Positions 12,201-25,271 of a stretch of 64,000 nucleotides of DNA are shown piece after piece. Every line of letters starts with the position of its first letter. Position 1 is the stretch's first letter. The notes beneath the pieces are model-generated. The model was not told the origin of the DNA. It was given only the letters and a program-made list of their open reading frames with translations, and ran no database searches. The position numbers and the translations under genes are program-made. This stretch comes from Pavona decussata (Eukaryota): contig CDRNST010000060.1 in assembly GCA_977016875.1 (NCBI GenBank), positions 3,348,001 to 3,412,000 of the forward strand, written 5' to 3'.

Positions 12201-15200
12201 ACGGTACGGGCCTGCATCTCAAACGTACCATTGTCAATGGTAATCATTGTGTATTCACCGAGTCCGTTGAACGTAAATGTTGTATTGTCAAGAGTAATGA
12301 AATGTGGATCGCCAAATATCAATCCTGAAATGAAATTAAACGTAAAAAAATTTCAGGAGTGGTTGCGTAAGCTATAACCATAGCCTTTGAAACAAGCAAA
12401 GTGGGATGACTGGGGCCCGGTTATACCCTGGTATCCCTGGTTAGTTGCAAAACCAGTCTTAGCCAGACTTTTGCACAAAGCGTTCAGGCCTGGTAAGTCT
12501 GGTTCAAGAACCAGGGACGAGTTGCATAAAACTTAACGGCGGGCGTAAATGGTATTTTCAGGCGTTAAAATACTGAATGTGACTGGGCTGAAGGTCTGGC
12601 GTTAGCAATTATGCCCGACGTTAAATTTTATGCAACTCACCCCAGGATACCCCGGTATTTTAATCAGACTTTAACCAGGCTTTTGTCGCCAGGGAGTCCA
12701 TCCATAACATTCCACACATTCGTTTGATCGACACCGGAGAGCCAACAAAAACGGACCATGATGGAATATCCAGCGTCCAGGCATGCTTTCGGCCTCAAAT
12801 GATGGATGATACAAACAGACATTATTATTACAGATGGGCACCCAGTGATTATCATTGGTAAATCAAACCGTCACAGAAATGCGGATTTTATTCTGGTGAA
12901 AACACTACACCTTAAACATTCGGAGGCCTGAAACGATTCCTTTAGATAGAAAGTGAAATAAAGCTAGCTGTGGGATGTTCTGAATACTAACAGCAGCCGG
13001 GAGATTTGAGGGACAAGATCAGTTCCTTTTCTCATAAACTATGCTGGTATTTACAGATACAGTAATAATTAAATTAAATATAAAACTTTCTGGAAAGACT
13101 GGAATCGACTTTAAAATTCTATTGTTCGGGCGCCCTTTAATAGTGAGGAATTTTTTCCAAACATTTCTCTTTTCGAAATAAATTTGATGGTATATTTCCA
13201 GCATGGTGAATGAATGAGAATAATGTTTTATTCTAGAAAGTAACACAGGCATACTCGAAAGAAAGAATTCCGAGTGCTCCTGTCAGGAGTCGAACCTAAG
13301 ACCTTCCGATTGCTAGTTCGGATGCTCTACTACTGAGCTACAGGAGACTCGTGGGAGCTAAGACCATTACACTAGGTACATGGGACAAACATCCTGCTTA
13401 CTGAAAGGATTTGAATGTCGAACATGTGGTGTATGAAATAAATGTGATGGTATATTTCCAGCCTGGTGAATGAATCAGAATGATGTATTATTCTGCTCAT
13501 GATAGGAGCACTCGGATTTCTTTCTTCCGAGTATGCCTGTGTGTCTTGCTAGAATAATACAATACCTTTTAAAAAAAGAAAGCTTAAGTCAACTTCACAC
13601 CAGCGAAAGATATTTACCTCTACGTCTTAAAGTGTAGCCAGTACAATCACGTGATGGACGCCGCTGGTAAAACAAGTTACAAAGAGGTGTTTGACAACAA
13701 TACTCATGAGCCTGGAGGTCACTTATTCCAGGTAAACCAGCTAACGGAATTAAAAACGGACTTCCTCCTTGCGTTGGACCATAAACGGGTCGCCATCCTC
13801 CCCCTGCTTCCTCAGTGTAACAGCATTGCTGGACCCAGCGGCTTGTTACCAAGGGAATAGAATACGCACATATTGTATCGTTGCTTCTCTTTGCCAAGGT
13901 TCTGTTATAATCCACGTAAAAGCGTTTATCCAAGGTAGCCTGGTTGAACTGACAGGGACAAGGCGTTAACACGGGTATTGTGATGCCGGCTTGCTTATTA
14001 AACCACTCACTACACTTCTTGCTTGGTAGATCCAAGACTGGGTTAACATCCAGTCGGAAGAACCACTTCCCCGCTTCGTTTCTATTTCCAACCCGCTGGT
14101 CTAAGTTGTCGACATCGATGGTTCCTGAACTAATATATGTATGAAAAAAAAAACAAAAAAAACAAAGATCTATCAGTGCAATACATATATCCAACACTGA
14201 TAACACTTCATGTCGCAACACGATCATATACTTAGTTACTCGGACGTAACAAAGGCTTATCATATCGAGGTGGATAAGTAATACGTAGAACAATTAAAAT
14301 GACTCAAACGATAATAAATTAAAGCAATGGTATACTCTCTTCGATAGGTTCGTCTTCTCAGCAGTTTTGGCAGTGTTGCCATCAGCCGGTTCATGCGAGT
14401 AACAAGAAACTGTGGCTCACACAATCTAAGTAACATTCAAACCGGCATTCAAATGAAACCTACTAAGCATGCGCAGTTCTCCCTTGTATTACTCTTTATA
14501 GGTATTCGGTAAAAGGTGTCTCTAGGGTTTTTTCTTTTGTTTTTAATTGTTGTTAAGAAAAGGTCATCCTTACTTTGGCAAATTCTAAAAACTTTGCGGT
14601 TTCGACAGGATGGATCTAACGTTTTAATATGTGGATAAAATCCCAACGAGCAGTTATTTGTCTTTTGTAGGTTCATTCTTTCTTTCATTTGTAGCTTTGC
14701 GCTGTTAAGGAAAGGTTATCCTTACTTTGGTAAATTGACGAAACGTAACGCTCCTCTGTCTCCTGCATTGTATCCAGCGACCGGAAGTCCAGGGGTACCC
14801 TGCCACAATTGCTTGTTTCCCCTGGAGAACAAGTCATGCAGTTCTTAGATCAGTAGAGAGTTAAACATGTTTTTAGTCAATACAAAACAATACCAGAAAA
14901 CCGCAATTGCATAGCGAATACAGTTATGTTGCTTCGAAGTTCTCTCGATATGGAAGCTTTCTACTGGGTATTCTTATACCGGTCAGGAATAAAAAGAACA
15001 TACAGAATATCAGTTTCCAGAAGAACACAATTCCGCCTGTTCCCATATTAAAGTGAGAACCTTCCCCAAAAACACAATTCTTTTCATTCTGAGTAATATA
15101 GCAGAATGAACGGAATACTATATTGTTCATTTCGAAAAAAGAATAATAGATGCCAACATGAATTCCATCAAGTCGCGAGAGAGACTTGGAGTGATAAGGC

Positions 15201-18200
15201 GGAGAAAGAGCTACAGGAGTCTAATATCTTGGGGGTAAGGCATCCACTGTTGCACGGGGCAGAGATTGGTGGAGGCGAGCTAATTTCCTGTCAAATTCCC
15301 CACACGGGAAGAAGGAACTGATCATACAACGTTCAAAGTTAAGTGCGCGAAAAATTGTTTGCTCATCTGATACAAATTTTGGTAAAAAAAAAATACTTGA
15401 CTTACGCTCCTGTAGGTGTCGACCACTCAAGTCCATTTTCAGGATAGTTAAACAAGGAGAAAGTATGCTGACCATCAGTAATGACGACTGCCTGAAATGT
15501 GTTCACCTGACAAATGATACGATATTAAATCACATTTACGATCTTCGGTCTAACCAGCCTAATACGCTGTTCTCTATAATTATGTTTACGTTTCAATCAA
15601 GTAGTTTTATCCGAGAAGACAACCTCAATATATGGTTATTTCTAAAAGGAAGTGAGGGTTCCATGATTGCCTAAATAAATTTTAGTAGTATGGTCTGGTC
15701 TTACGCGGGTCGGTTAGCGGGAAGGGAGGGGGGGGGGAGGGGCTTCAATACAAAATGACGGGGTGATCGTTATACCCTTTAGGGGAGAAACATTTGTGGA
15801 TTGGTACTGCTTGTCTGATTCTGCACTGCCGTGAGAGTAAAGGGTGAACGATAAACTTACCGAAGTTGTTAAGGGATATCTGATCGGATATAGTCGAACC
15901 CAGGTAACCACCAGCATCCACCTCGCTTTAAACAATGGAATACTGGGATTCGTTTGGTAGCGTTGCACGTCAGCGTTGGCTCGATTTAAGACTTCCTTGT
16001 CGGCCTTTGCGTACTGATCATACACGTGATAATAAACCACTGATGCGTTGCTGGAAGCTAAAAAACCTAAGTTGTTGATGTAGCCCCAAAAGGGCGCCAG
16101 GAGGAAAGAGTTCTGGAATCTGAAAATGCGATCCTCGTTAAGGGGGCCCGGGAAGCGCTGAGGAAATCGGATGACAGGCGAGGACGCAAATTTTAGCACC
16201 CCATTCCGGCACACCTTAAAAGAATTGTGACGCAGTTAGTAAAAATAAAGCAAATGGAGCATACAATATCAAAAGGTTGACTATAAAACCATGTCAACCG
16301 CTCTTCAAAACAACTTCTCAAACTCATTAATAATTCATCAACAGAAAACAAAGAAAATCACTACCGTGACCGTGGTTTGGATATGTGATTCTAATTACCA
16401 TAAAATTTTGCCAACCAGTTAGCCTTAACTCTTGATCATTTGAGAAGCCATATCAAACACTCGAAAGTGTGTTTTATCAGATATCCAAACACCTCGAAGT
16501 CGTTTAAAAAAAACTCGGCTGCGCCTCGTTTTTTCAACCTACTTCTCAGTGTTTGGATATGTGATGAAACACGCTTTCTAGTGTTTGATGTAATATATCA
16601 AACACGATGAAGAGTGTTTTATCAGATATCCAAACAGTGAGAAGTAGGTTGGAAAAAACGAGGCGCAGCCGAGTTTTTCTAAACTACTTCGAGGTGTTTG
16701 GATATCTGATGAAACACACTTTCGAGTGTTTGATATGGCTTCTCAAATGATCAATAATTCTTGGAGAAATTCAAGGCTAAAGTTCGCAAAATTTTATGGT
16801 AATCAAGATCACATATCCAAACCACTGTCACAGTAGTGGTTTTCTTTGTTTTCTCTTGATGAATTATTTACGAGTTTGAGAAATATTACATCCAAGTTTG
16901 TTACCACCCTCATAGCAAATATGCGACTTATTTCAGGAAGGCTCATCTCGTCCAATCATAACTTGCGTTAAGTCACGCATGTCATATCACGCCATGTCAC
17001 GTTTAATAATGTTGTGTCCTAATCTTAACTGAAATCTCTAGACTGCAAGACATAGGGTTTTTTTATATCCACGGAGGGAGTAAAAGGTGAACTCGGAAAC
17101 GAACGAACCAACGCAAAAAGAAATACGGACTAATTCTGGACTGATGTCAAAGAAAGCATTAGTCAAGTCGCGGACACACGATGCAACATCGCACGCAACG
17201 TTTCAAATCACGGTGGGGCACATGATCCAAAATTACGTCAGTGCAATGTTGGGTGCACCTTGCATGCAACTTTAACATGGTTTTGAAGGTGTTGAAGTCA
17301 GTCTGATCTCTAATGTTTGCCCGGCAGGGCATTCCAAGTCTTAAGGGCAGACGCTGAAAAAGCCTTATCTCCTAATGTGCACTTAATCTTAATGAAGGAT
17401 CCTACAGCAATACCCCTAAATGCATTGAACGCAATGAATAGCGTTCATTATGTCTAAATTGTAAATTTAAATAAATAAATAAATAAATAAACTAGTTTCC
17501 GAGATCTCGCCTCGCCACTCTTTTCTTTACAAAAATTTCGGTGTGTTCATATGAGAAGGCGGGCTGGCCCGGTCAACGAGATCTCGGTAACCCGGATACC
17601 GTGACTGACCGTGACGAAACATTTCAACTGCGCATGGCTTCTTATAAGGTCGCTGACAAGGCGAAACGCGGTTCCACGGGTATTTTGGGGACCTTTTGGA
17701 CATTTTTCATCTCGGTTACTGGGCTCATATGAAGAGGCCCTTAAAAAGTTTCATGAAGTCTTTCAAAGAAAGCTTTTCTTAAGTTATAACAGACCCAGGG
17801 AGGTTGCCCTTGTATCTGTTACCAGAATGGCGGAAATAGCTAACATACTTACATAAACCTTTCTGTGTTTCCTGAGGAAGAAAGGCAATTCTTGACTACC
17901 AAGATTTATCCTACCACAAAAGTTTATGAAGGCTGCGAAATTTGGTAGTGTGTCGTCATTAGCTCCCGGTCCGTAAGGATATAACCGAGCTATAATTAAA
18001 GAGAAAACCAAAGACGGTTTGTTCAAGCTGAAATAAACATTTTCCTTAAAAACTCTAAGTTGAATATCCCTGAACTAGCTTAAGGCCCGTTTACATTTAT
18101 TTAATGAGACTTTTGTCGCGCCAAATTGCAGTTTTAAATCGCGTGTGTAAACTGAAGTAGCGGTGATTTCAGCGCAATTTATTGCGGTAATATCGAAGGT

Positions 18201-21200
18201 GTTTCGAGAATGTTGAAAAGAATTGGCAGGACTTCTACGTACAAGAATGTCGCGATATTAGCGCGTACAATTTGGCGCCGCAGCCCAGGAAGAAAGATTG
18301 AAAGAAAGAAAGAGTGCGCAAGAAAGATTGCAGTGAAGCAAACGTGTAATGTGTAAACGGGCCTTGGCCTTTAGAAAAAAAAATGAAATTTTTGTTACAC
18401 TATCCTCTGTTTGTTTCCTTTGTTTTTCTCGTATTGCCTTGTGGAAAAATACAAAACAATTATTCCACTGAATTAACTCATAGGCTACTTGGCGCTGCTT
18501 GCCTTGTTTGCCATTAAACTGGATTGTTATGAACTTCTAATCGCCTCTACTTACGGACACAAGGCGTAATTTGGCACTGCTGTGTTTCATTTCTTGGTCC
18601 CGAGCAGTCTTTTCCGCCATTTGCGGGTGCTGGATTGATGCAAGACCGGAAGCGTGTCTGAATACCAGGTCCACATGTTTTACTGCATTGGCCCCAGGGT
18701 GTCCACACAGTAAAGTTTCCATCAACTGAAAATGGAAATATAAGAATGCTACTCAGAACAAATGCTACTGTCATGTTGGCAGTATGGTGAAAAACTTGGA
18801 ATGCTGAGGATTTGAAGGCGGAAGTAGAATATAAGCAGCCTCTTATTATTCTTAGGGAAGATAGAGTGATTGACGGAAGTTGTATCGGTCTGTACCACTG
18901 GTATGACTGCAATGGGTATATCACTTCTCTAGAACTAGAGGAGCTACAGAAGAAACTTTAAGTTAGCCTTTTAACAATTACCAGAAAATATCGATCAGCC
19001 AAATTCTGATGCCAGTGAGGGTGGCAAAATGGCGTCAGCGGATTTGCATAGTCAGCAAGTTTACTTCGACTGTTTGCAAGCCAGCTTTCCAAGTGTTTGA
19101 GTAGTAAGCTTAAACGCTCTCCCCGCCCCCCCTCCTCTTCCATAACTTCGCAAAGCTGGACTTGGGGGATATGACAATGAGACTAGGAGGACAGAGACTG
19201 TGTCCAAAGATGTTTCCTTTGAGGTCCACAACGGGAAGTGATGAAGTCATATGACGCGGAAATTAGTTGCTCAAAACCTCAGAAAAAATGGTTGCCATGG
19301 TAACATTACATTCCCTGACTTATCACACCATAATGTTTCCAGATAAATTTTTGAAAGTATTGTTTCGTTTGCAAAACTATTAAAAAGTTATAAACTTCAA
19401 ACCGGCGCGAGCAGAATCCGGCCTCCTCGGTGTAGATAGTTAAAATGGAGGATAGAGGAAGGGTGTAATTGTGTGAATACCATGGTATTATAGCACTTGG
19501 TGGGGAAAGTGATAGTCTGTTCTTGATACCTAGTGCTCTGCTGATATTGTAATGGAATAAAAGTGTAAGTGCTCATACAAAATACAAGACGTAATAGTTT
19601 TGTGATATGCAGTAGATTGTGGTGGTCACTTGGTAAAGCTTTTCTCTAATGCACAGTGGGGTTGTCCTTGTATGCTTGACTAATGACGAAGGAGTGTGAA
19701 AGCAAGAGTACTGCAGAGCGTTGAAGGTAGTATAGTGGCGATGTACTAGATAATGGGAAGTTGGGCTAGTGTAGGTTTTCTGGCATGGTTGTGTGGCGAT
19801 GGTCTTGTTGTTTGAATAAGTGTTGTGAAATAGGCCAGTTCCGAGTTGCTGTGAACCTCATTATGAAAGTTAGGCTAAGTCCAAAGTTTTTATTATGAAA
19901 ATTAGTTTTCATTCATATGCAAACAAAACTAATTTTCATATCAAAAGCTTTTGCACTTAGCCTCGCTTTCGTAATGAGGTTCACATCAACTCGGAAATGG
20001 CCTATTATGTTATATATCATCCTGTTCTTTTTCATTCGTTACCTGGACATAACCCGTTAAAACATTCACGTGATTCTTTACTCGGTCCAGTGCAGTTTTT
20101 ACCACCAAATGCCGGTGAGGGATTGGTGCAGTTCCGCACGCGAGTCTCGGTTCCATTCCCACACGTCTTACTGCATGCTCCCCAGGTCCCCCATTCGGTG
20201 AAATTTCCATCAACTGAGAACGAAATGAAATGATAAGATTTCTGCCAGGAGAGCATTACCCGGATAGTACAACTGCTATATCTTCGTGTGACAGCGTTTT
20301 TACCGACCTATTCAGTTATTTTTAGATTGACATTCCCACAAATCCAGTCTTCCACGGGAGCCTTTCTGACTAGTCTCAAGCTTTGCATAATTCTCACGTG
20401 AACCGGAATTTAAATTTCCGCGGGAAATACTATTCCCGTGCGCGTATCTAAGAATAGACTGATCTGTGAAAACGAGGTAGCAAAGGTATAGCATGGCTGT
20501 TGTACGCTCCGAGCAACGGGCTCCTGTTTCTGTGAGGAAATAACTGAAGTCTGGTTCAGACGCTGTACCACTGTTATGCCTCATCATTATCAGAACACAG
20601 TTGTCAGTTCGGCAGACTAGAATTAAAAGTCACGATCACATTCAATCATTGCTGGCTAGACGTGCATTTCTCAAAAGTTCTTAAACATTTCGGGTCCCGA
20701 AAAACTATCTTACGTACAACACACAATGTTCATTACCATTAATTCGATACTTAAATACTTTTGAAAAGGAAATGTGGAAAACATTTCCGGCTTAGTCTAA
20801 ACAAAAACCTAATTACCAGCGCCGAGTTGTTCGAAGCCCGATTAGCGCTAGTCCTGGGTTACCTGTGAACACAACTTAATTAAAAGTTGTCACGATAGTT
20901 AACCCGGATTAGCGTTAATCCTGTTTCGAACAACTCGGCTCAGTGGATAGAAAACAGACTGAAAAACATCTTTAGGGCACCAAAACTCTATGGATTGTTC
21001 TAGAAAACGGACCCTGTTCACGTGATACATAACAAACAACACAACCAACCAACCTGGACAAGGTCCTTCATAGCAATCTTGGGTCTCATTCCGAGGTCCG
21101 ACGCAGTCTCTCCCCCCTGCCTGCGAAGGGGGATTGGTACAGTTTCGATATCGTGTCTGAGTCCCGTTTAAACAGGTTTGGCTGCAAGGGGACCACGCTC

Positions 21201-24200
21201 CCCACTCTGTGAAGTTACCATCAACTAAAAACAAAGAGTAAGTGGAGACACAACAATTAAAGGCTGGTTTCCATATGATCACGGATCGCAGATCGCAATA
21301 AGCTCTGCGATCGTCTGCGATCATATGGAAATCAGCCTTTAGATAGAACATGGTTCTATCTTCTGCGATCGTCTGCGATCGCGATCGCAGGATCGCAGAC
21401 GATCGCAGAAGTAGTTTCCATATGATCGCAGACGACCACAGACCTTATTGCGATCTGCGATCCGCGATCATATGGAAACCAGCCTTAAGAATTAATCCTC
21501 TGGGGATGCGTTCTTGTACTGTTCTCGAACTTGCGCATTAAAAGTTAGAAATTGAGAAAATCGGCCCTCTCCCCTCTCCCATTAAAGAAAATGTCCCTCT
21601 CTCGATAGTTTCAGTGTTACAGTATTCAAACATATCATTAATGGCTTGGAGGCATTCTCTGACGACACCAAAATTATCGGTAAATATAAAAGCTCTTTTG
21701 AGACAGCTGAGCTCGTTGTAATCCGGGTTTGAGCGAAATTCCTTAAGATTCATCTAGAAGGTAAATGTGGGCATAACATGATCCAACGATTGCCATAGAT
21801 TTCTATGCGTGTAAGTATTATTAGTATATTTCCTCGTTTCAATGTTATCCCTTTTCAAATAATTTTACTTATCCCTTGTACTCGAATCTTATCAATTAGT
21901 TTGTCATGTCTCCAACACAAATTACGGATAGAAGTTGCCTGATTTACCTGGACAAGGCTTAATCTGACAATCCTTGGACTCCACCCTGCTACCATTGCAA
22001 TCTCGGCCACCGTTGGAAGGAGGGGGGTTAGAACAGCTTCTAAAACGTCTTTGTACTCCAGGACCGCACGTAGTTGAGCAACCGCTCCAACGTTCCCATT
22101 CAGTAAAGTTACCATCAACTACAATTGTATGCAAGCAGTAAATGAGATTCACAAAGCGATTAAGGAGGGAATTCCTGAGGCGGGGAGGTCCTTCGATTGG
22201 ACGGTGGTTTGAGGCTTAGGTTGCTCGCTTTATTGCCATGTTACTTTGCCCCACATTGTCTCTCTTGAGAAGATCTGCCAAAAGTTAACACGACTGAATA
22301 TATGGTGTCAAATCATGGAGATATTTGCCCCAAAGATATGGAACGAGCTAACAAATGCTATTAGAATAAAAGCCGGCACTAATAAAGTGAAGAACAAAAT
22401 CCGATCTCTTAAGTTTTGACTGCTATCAGAATTTTTCTCCATCTTATTCTTAGTTCTTAGCTTTTACAGTTTTTATACCATGAATTGTTGTTCATTTCTT
22501 AGTTTCTGATTTTTAGTTTATACTTGGCCGTGGATTACCTGTAAACTAGCTGATTAAGCTAAGCGTAAATCCCACGTTAAACAAAGTATCGTTATCGTCA
22601 TCGTTCATCCGACATACTGCTGGGATATTAGGTAAAAATCGTTCTCTGGTTAAAATTTTTAAAAACATGAGCTTTCGGCTATCAGTCTATAGCCTTTTAA
22701 CGAATGAAAAAATGTAGCGCGTAAACGGAAATATATACAGAAAGGGTGATGGGTTACCCTGCCTACAATGGACTAGAAACCCATCCATGGGGGAGTAGCA
22801 ATCCTCCAAGTTGTTTGATGCTACGGAAACCAGGTTAAACTCCGGCCTTGGGGATCACTCAGGCTGGTAGTGCGACTTTACCTTTACAGTGTATTCAAGC
22901 TACATGTAGTTTGACAGGACTATCCACGACAACTGGGCTACTCCCGAAGGATTTCAACCTCTGACTTTCTGCACACCGGGGGCATACTCTAATTACTAGG
23001 CCATAGAGTGACCTTTGACGACCTAAGCCATTTACTGAACTTTCGTGGATTTCATGACTTAGATAAAATCAAAGAACAGGCAACGACAGTTCCCTTCTCC
23101 CCCCTCCCTCCTCCTCAGCTACCGTCATCAAACAAAACTGCATTTTGGGTTCATAGATATGATACTTAAAATCTTCCTTTTCTTCAAATAACTAACATTG
23201 AATTGTCAGTTTGCCGATTTTTCCTATTAATATTATCCTCNNNNNNNNNNNNNNNNNNNNNNNNNNNNNNNNNNNNNNNNNNNNNNNNNNNNNNNNNNNN
23301 NNNNNNNNNNNNNNNNNNNNNNNNNNNNNNNNNNNNNNNNNNNNNNNNNNNNNNNNNNNNNNNNNNNNNNNNNNNNNNNNNNNNNNNNNNNNNNNNNNNN
23401 NNNNNNNNNNNNNNNNNNNNNNNNNNNNNNNNNNNNNNNNNNNNNNNNNNNNNNNCGATGATCTCGATCCCAGGTTCTGTCTCCTTTGCCAAGTTGGTGA
23501 TGATGTCATCGCCCCTGCAAAAGCTGCGGGGGATGCCAGATACGCGTCCCAAGATCCATTCATTCATTCATTCAGCGTTGTCCCATGCAATCTCGACTCC
23601 AATCTGTATTAGGAGTGCGTTCTTCTACATCGAACGTAATTAAGCTACTTTAAACACTAAAACAAAATAACTATCTTGTACAGAAGGGAGGCAACATTAT
23701 ACCAATGAAAGGAAGTCTGAGAACACTTTGCTATTACCTGGGCAGGCACCTAAGTTGCACACTTGAGTGTCGTTCCTAGGTCCCACACAGTCTGAACCAT
23801 TGTTGATTGGAGGAGGATTAGTGCAGTTACGATATCGTACCTGGATTCCAGGCCCACAAGAGGAACTACACGGTCCCCAAGGACCCCAATTTGTGAAGTT
23901 GCCATCGACTGTTACAAGGAAGAAAAGAAAGTGTTCGTATAAATTGAAGGAGTAGAAACCCACAAAAGTTACCTACAAATACCTCAGTAGTTCTGCTCCA
24001 ATGTATATTGATGATATGATAAACCATTGCATTCACTGTCGTTCTTTGCGCATTGGTAAAAGATCCTTATCACACGGCGGCCATGTTGGGTCTCAGGAGA
24101 AAAAAAGCTTTGTTTTTGCACGGTAAGTCTCGAACTGAATTCGCATCTGGCCGAGGCTTGCCGTGCGAAAACAAAGCATTTTATTTCCCCGAGACTCAAC

Positions 24201-25192
24201 ATGGCCGCCGAGTGATAAGGGTCTATTCCAACCATTTGGTTGTTCTCAAGTCAAAAACAATCTTATTGTATTGCTTGGGAGACTTTGCTTGAACATTAAC
24301 CTTCTTTGCATTTGGTGATCATTTTCGTTATTCTCATGAACTACACGTTTGATCAAGTAGCCGATTGTTGTAAGGAGAAAATAGATTCATGTCACTATTG
24401 AGGCTAGAAGGATATGTAAATGAGAAACTTAAAGGGTCAGTTATTAAAAGACAGTTTTAGACGGTGTTTAACAGAACCACGTTCTAAGCCATCTTCAATT
24501 TTGCCAACAATCATATCTAAACATTGTCTACGGCCGACGATAATAAGAAGGCTTTCATCACAGACATGAAAACTATTTATCTACTTAAAATAAACCACTT
24601 ATGACCAGATTTAGAGGCCCATACCCACTGATTGTCTTAAGCCGGGGCTTAAGTTAGACTCTGTTTAAATAACTGGCCATAAAGGTTTGAGTTTCCCAAT
24701 AAGACTAACTCTATTTTTAGCCAAAGCTTTAACGCCAAATTTGTGATCTCGTTTTCCCGCCAAAAATATCAAAATACGAAAATAAAACGTTGTTGAATTG
24801 TAGACCTTTATAATACCAAGTATGCTTCAAACTTTGAGAATAATTGGATAAAAAGCAAAAATATTACTACTAAATGGCTCACAATGGCCGGAAATTTAAT
24901 TTTACAAAAGTTGTATGATGTTGCCTTCCATATTCTCAGGGNNNNNNNNNNNNNNNNNNNNNNNNNNNNNNNNNNNNNNNNNNNNNNNNNNNNNNNNNNN
25001 NNNNNNNNNNNNNNNNNNNNNNNNNNNNNNNNNNNNNNNNNNNNNNNNNNNNNNNNNNNNNNNNNNNNNNNNNNAAGCAAAGACATGCAAAAATAACAGA
25101 GAGATCTAAGGCTTTTTTTTATTTTTTCTCTTGATAATGGAGTCAAAATGACTCCGAAACGTCGAGCCTTAAATCTCTCTGTTATTTTTGCA

Positions 25193-25271
<79 letters not shown>

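Noticed and set aside
13278-13348. Functional tRNA gene
   Set aside because: The anticodon loop appears to be 8 nt and irregular, and the sequence sits in a dispersed repeat with decayed relatives, so it is treated as a SINE-like head. tRNAscan-SE would settle it.
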